Assembly (NCBI GenBank): GCA_002633005.1
Contig: NMRA01000066.1
Span: 1-64,000, forward strand
Origin: Phoronis australis
Taxonomy: Eukaryota; Animalia; Phoronida
Length of the DNA: 64,000 nt
Reading direction: 5' to 3'
The notes beneath the pieces are model-generated. The model was given only the letters and a program-made list of their open reading frames with translations, searched no databases and had not been told where the DNA came from. The stretch's first letter is position 1. Every line of letters begins with the position of its first letter. Shown here in pieces: positions 63,731 through 64,000 of this stretch. Made by a program: the position numbers and the translations under genes.

Positions 63731-64000
63731 TCAGGAAAAAAGGAATATTAGTCGTCAATTTTTTTCTGTGTTAGATTGAAAAGTTAATTTTCAGTTTTTG
63801 ATTCGGTATTCCAGGCTTCAAAATTTCAATTTCAAAACGAATATTGACAGTCAATACATGGGTACAGTTTATAATGCCATGCTTCAATTTAAATTTAAAA
63901 GTTGTCTGTGAAATATTAACAACCATTCAGAGTCTCTTAATTCAATTTGAATTTGAATTTCAGTTTGAATTCAATTATTGAACTAGAAACTGTATTTAGT

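Noticed and set aside
56063-64000. Downstream NALF/FAM155 exons
   Set aside because: No AYKxWLC-type or CP-containing exon recognised; treated as a long intron, though a small exon could have been missed.
1-64000. CRISPR array or prokaryotic defence system
   Set aside because: The sequence is intron-containing animal DNA; no regularly spaced repeat-spacer array or operon structure is present.

Overview
Invertebrate metazoan draft-assembly DNA (spliceosomal GT-AG introns, N-gaps at 1724-2268, 12833-13147 and 38879-39206). Most of the ORF track is noise; genes were reconstructed by eye from splice sites. Four protein genes are supported. (1) A 14-exon SLC6 Na+/Cl- amino-acid transporter, proline/glycine-transporter-like (+, 3658-20340), with Ser at the conserved TM3 gate Tyr. 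(2) A complete 9-coding-exon WRAP53/TCAB1 (-, 36119-26727). (3) A 3-exon secreted protein (+, 43389-46467) not visible in the ORF track: signal peptide, Pro/Thr stalk and a 10-Cys neurotrophin/Spaetzle-like cystine knot lying in the -1 frame relative to the stalk. (4) The first coding exon of a NALF/FAM155 (NLF-1/Mid1) NALCN auxiliary subunit (+, 55418-56062). Introns and intergenic DNA hold many mobile-element relics: BEL/Pao with its LTR, DIRS, Gypsy, two THAP DNA transposons, LINE tails, a Helentron-like array, hAT/Harbinger MITEs with readable TSDs, a head-to-head tRNA-SINE hairpin and an interleaved inverted-repeat array. All family assignments come from recalled motifs, not database searches.
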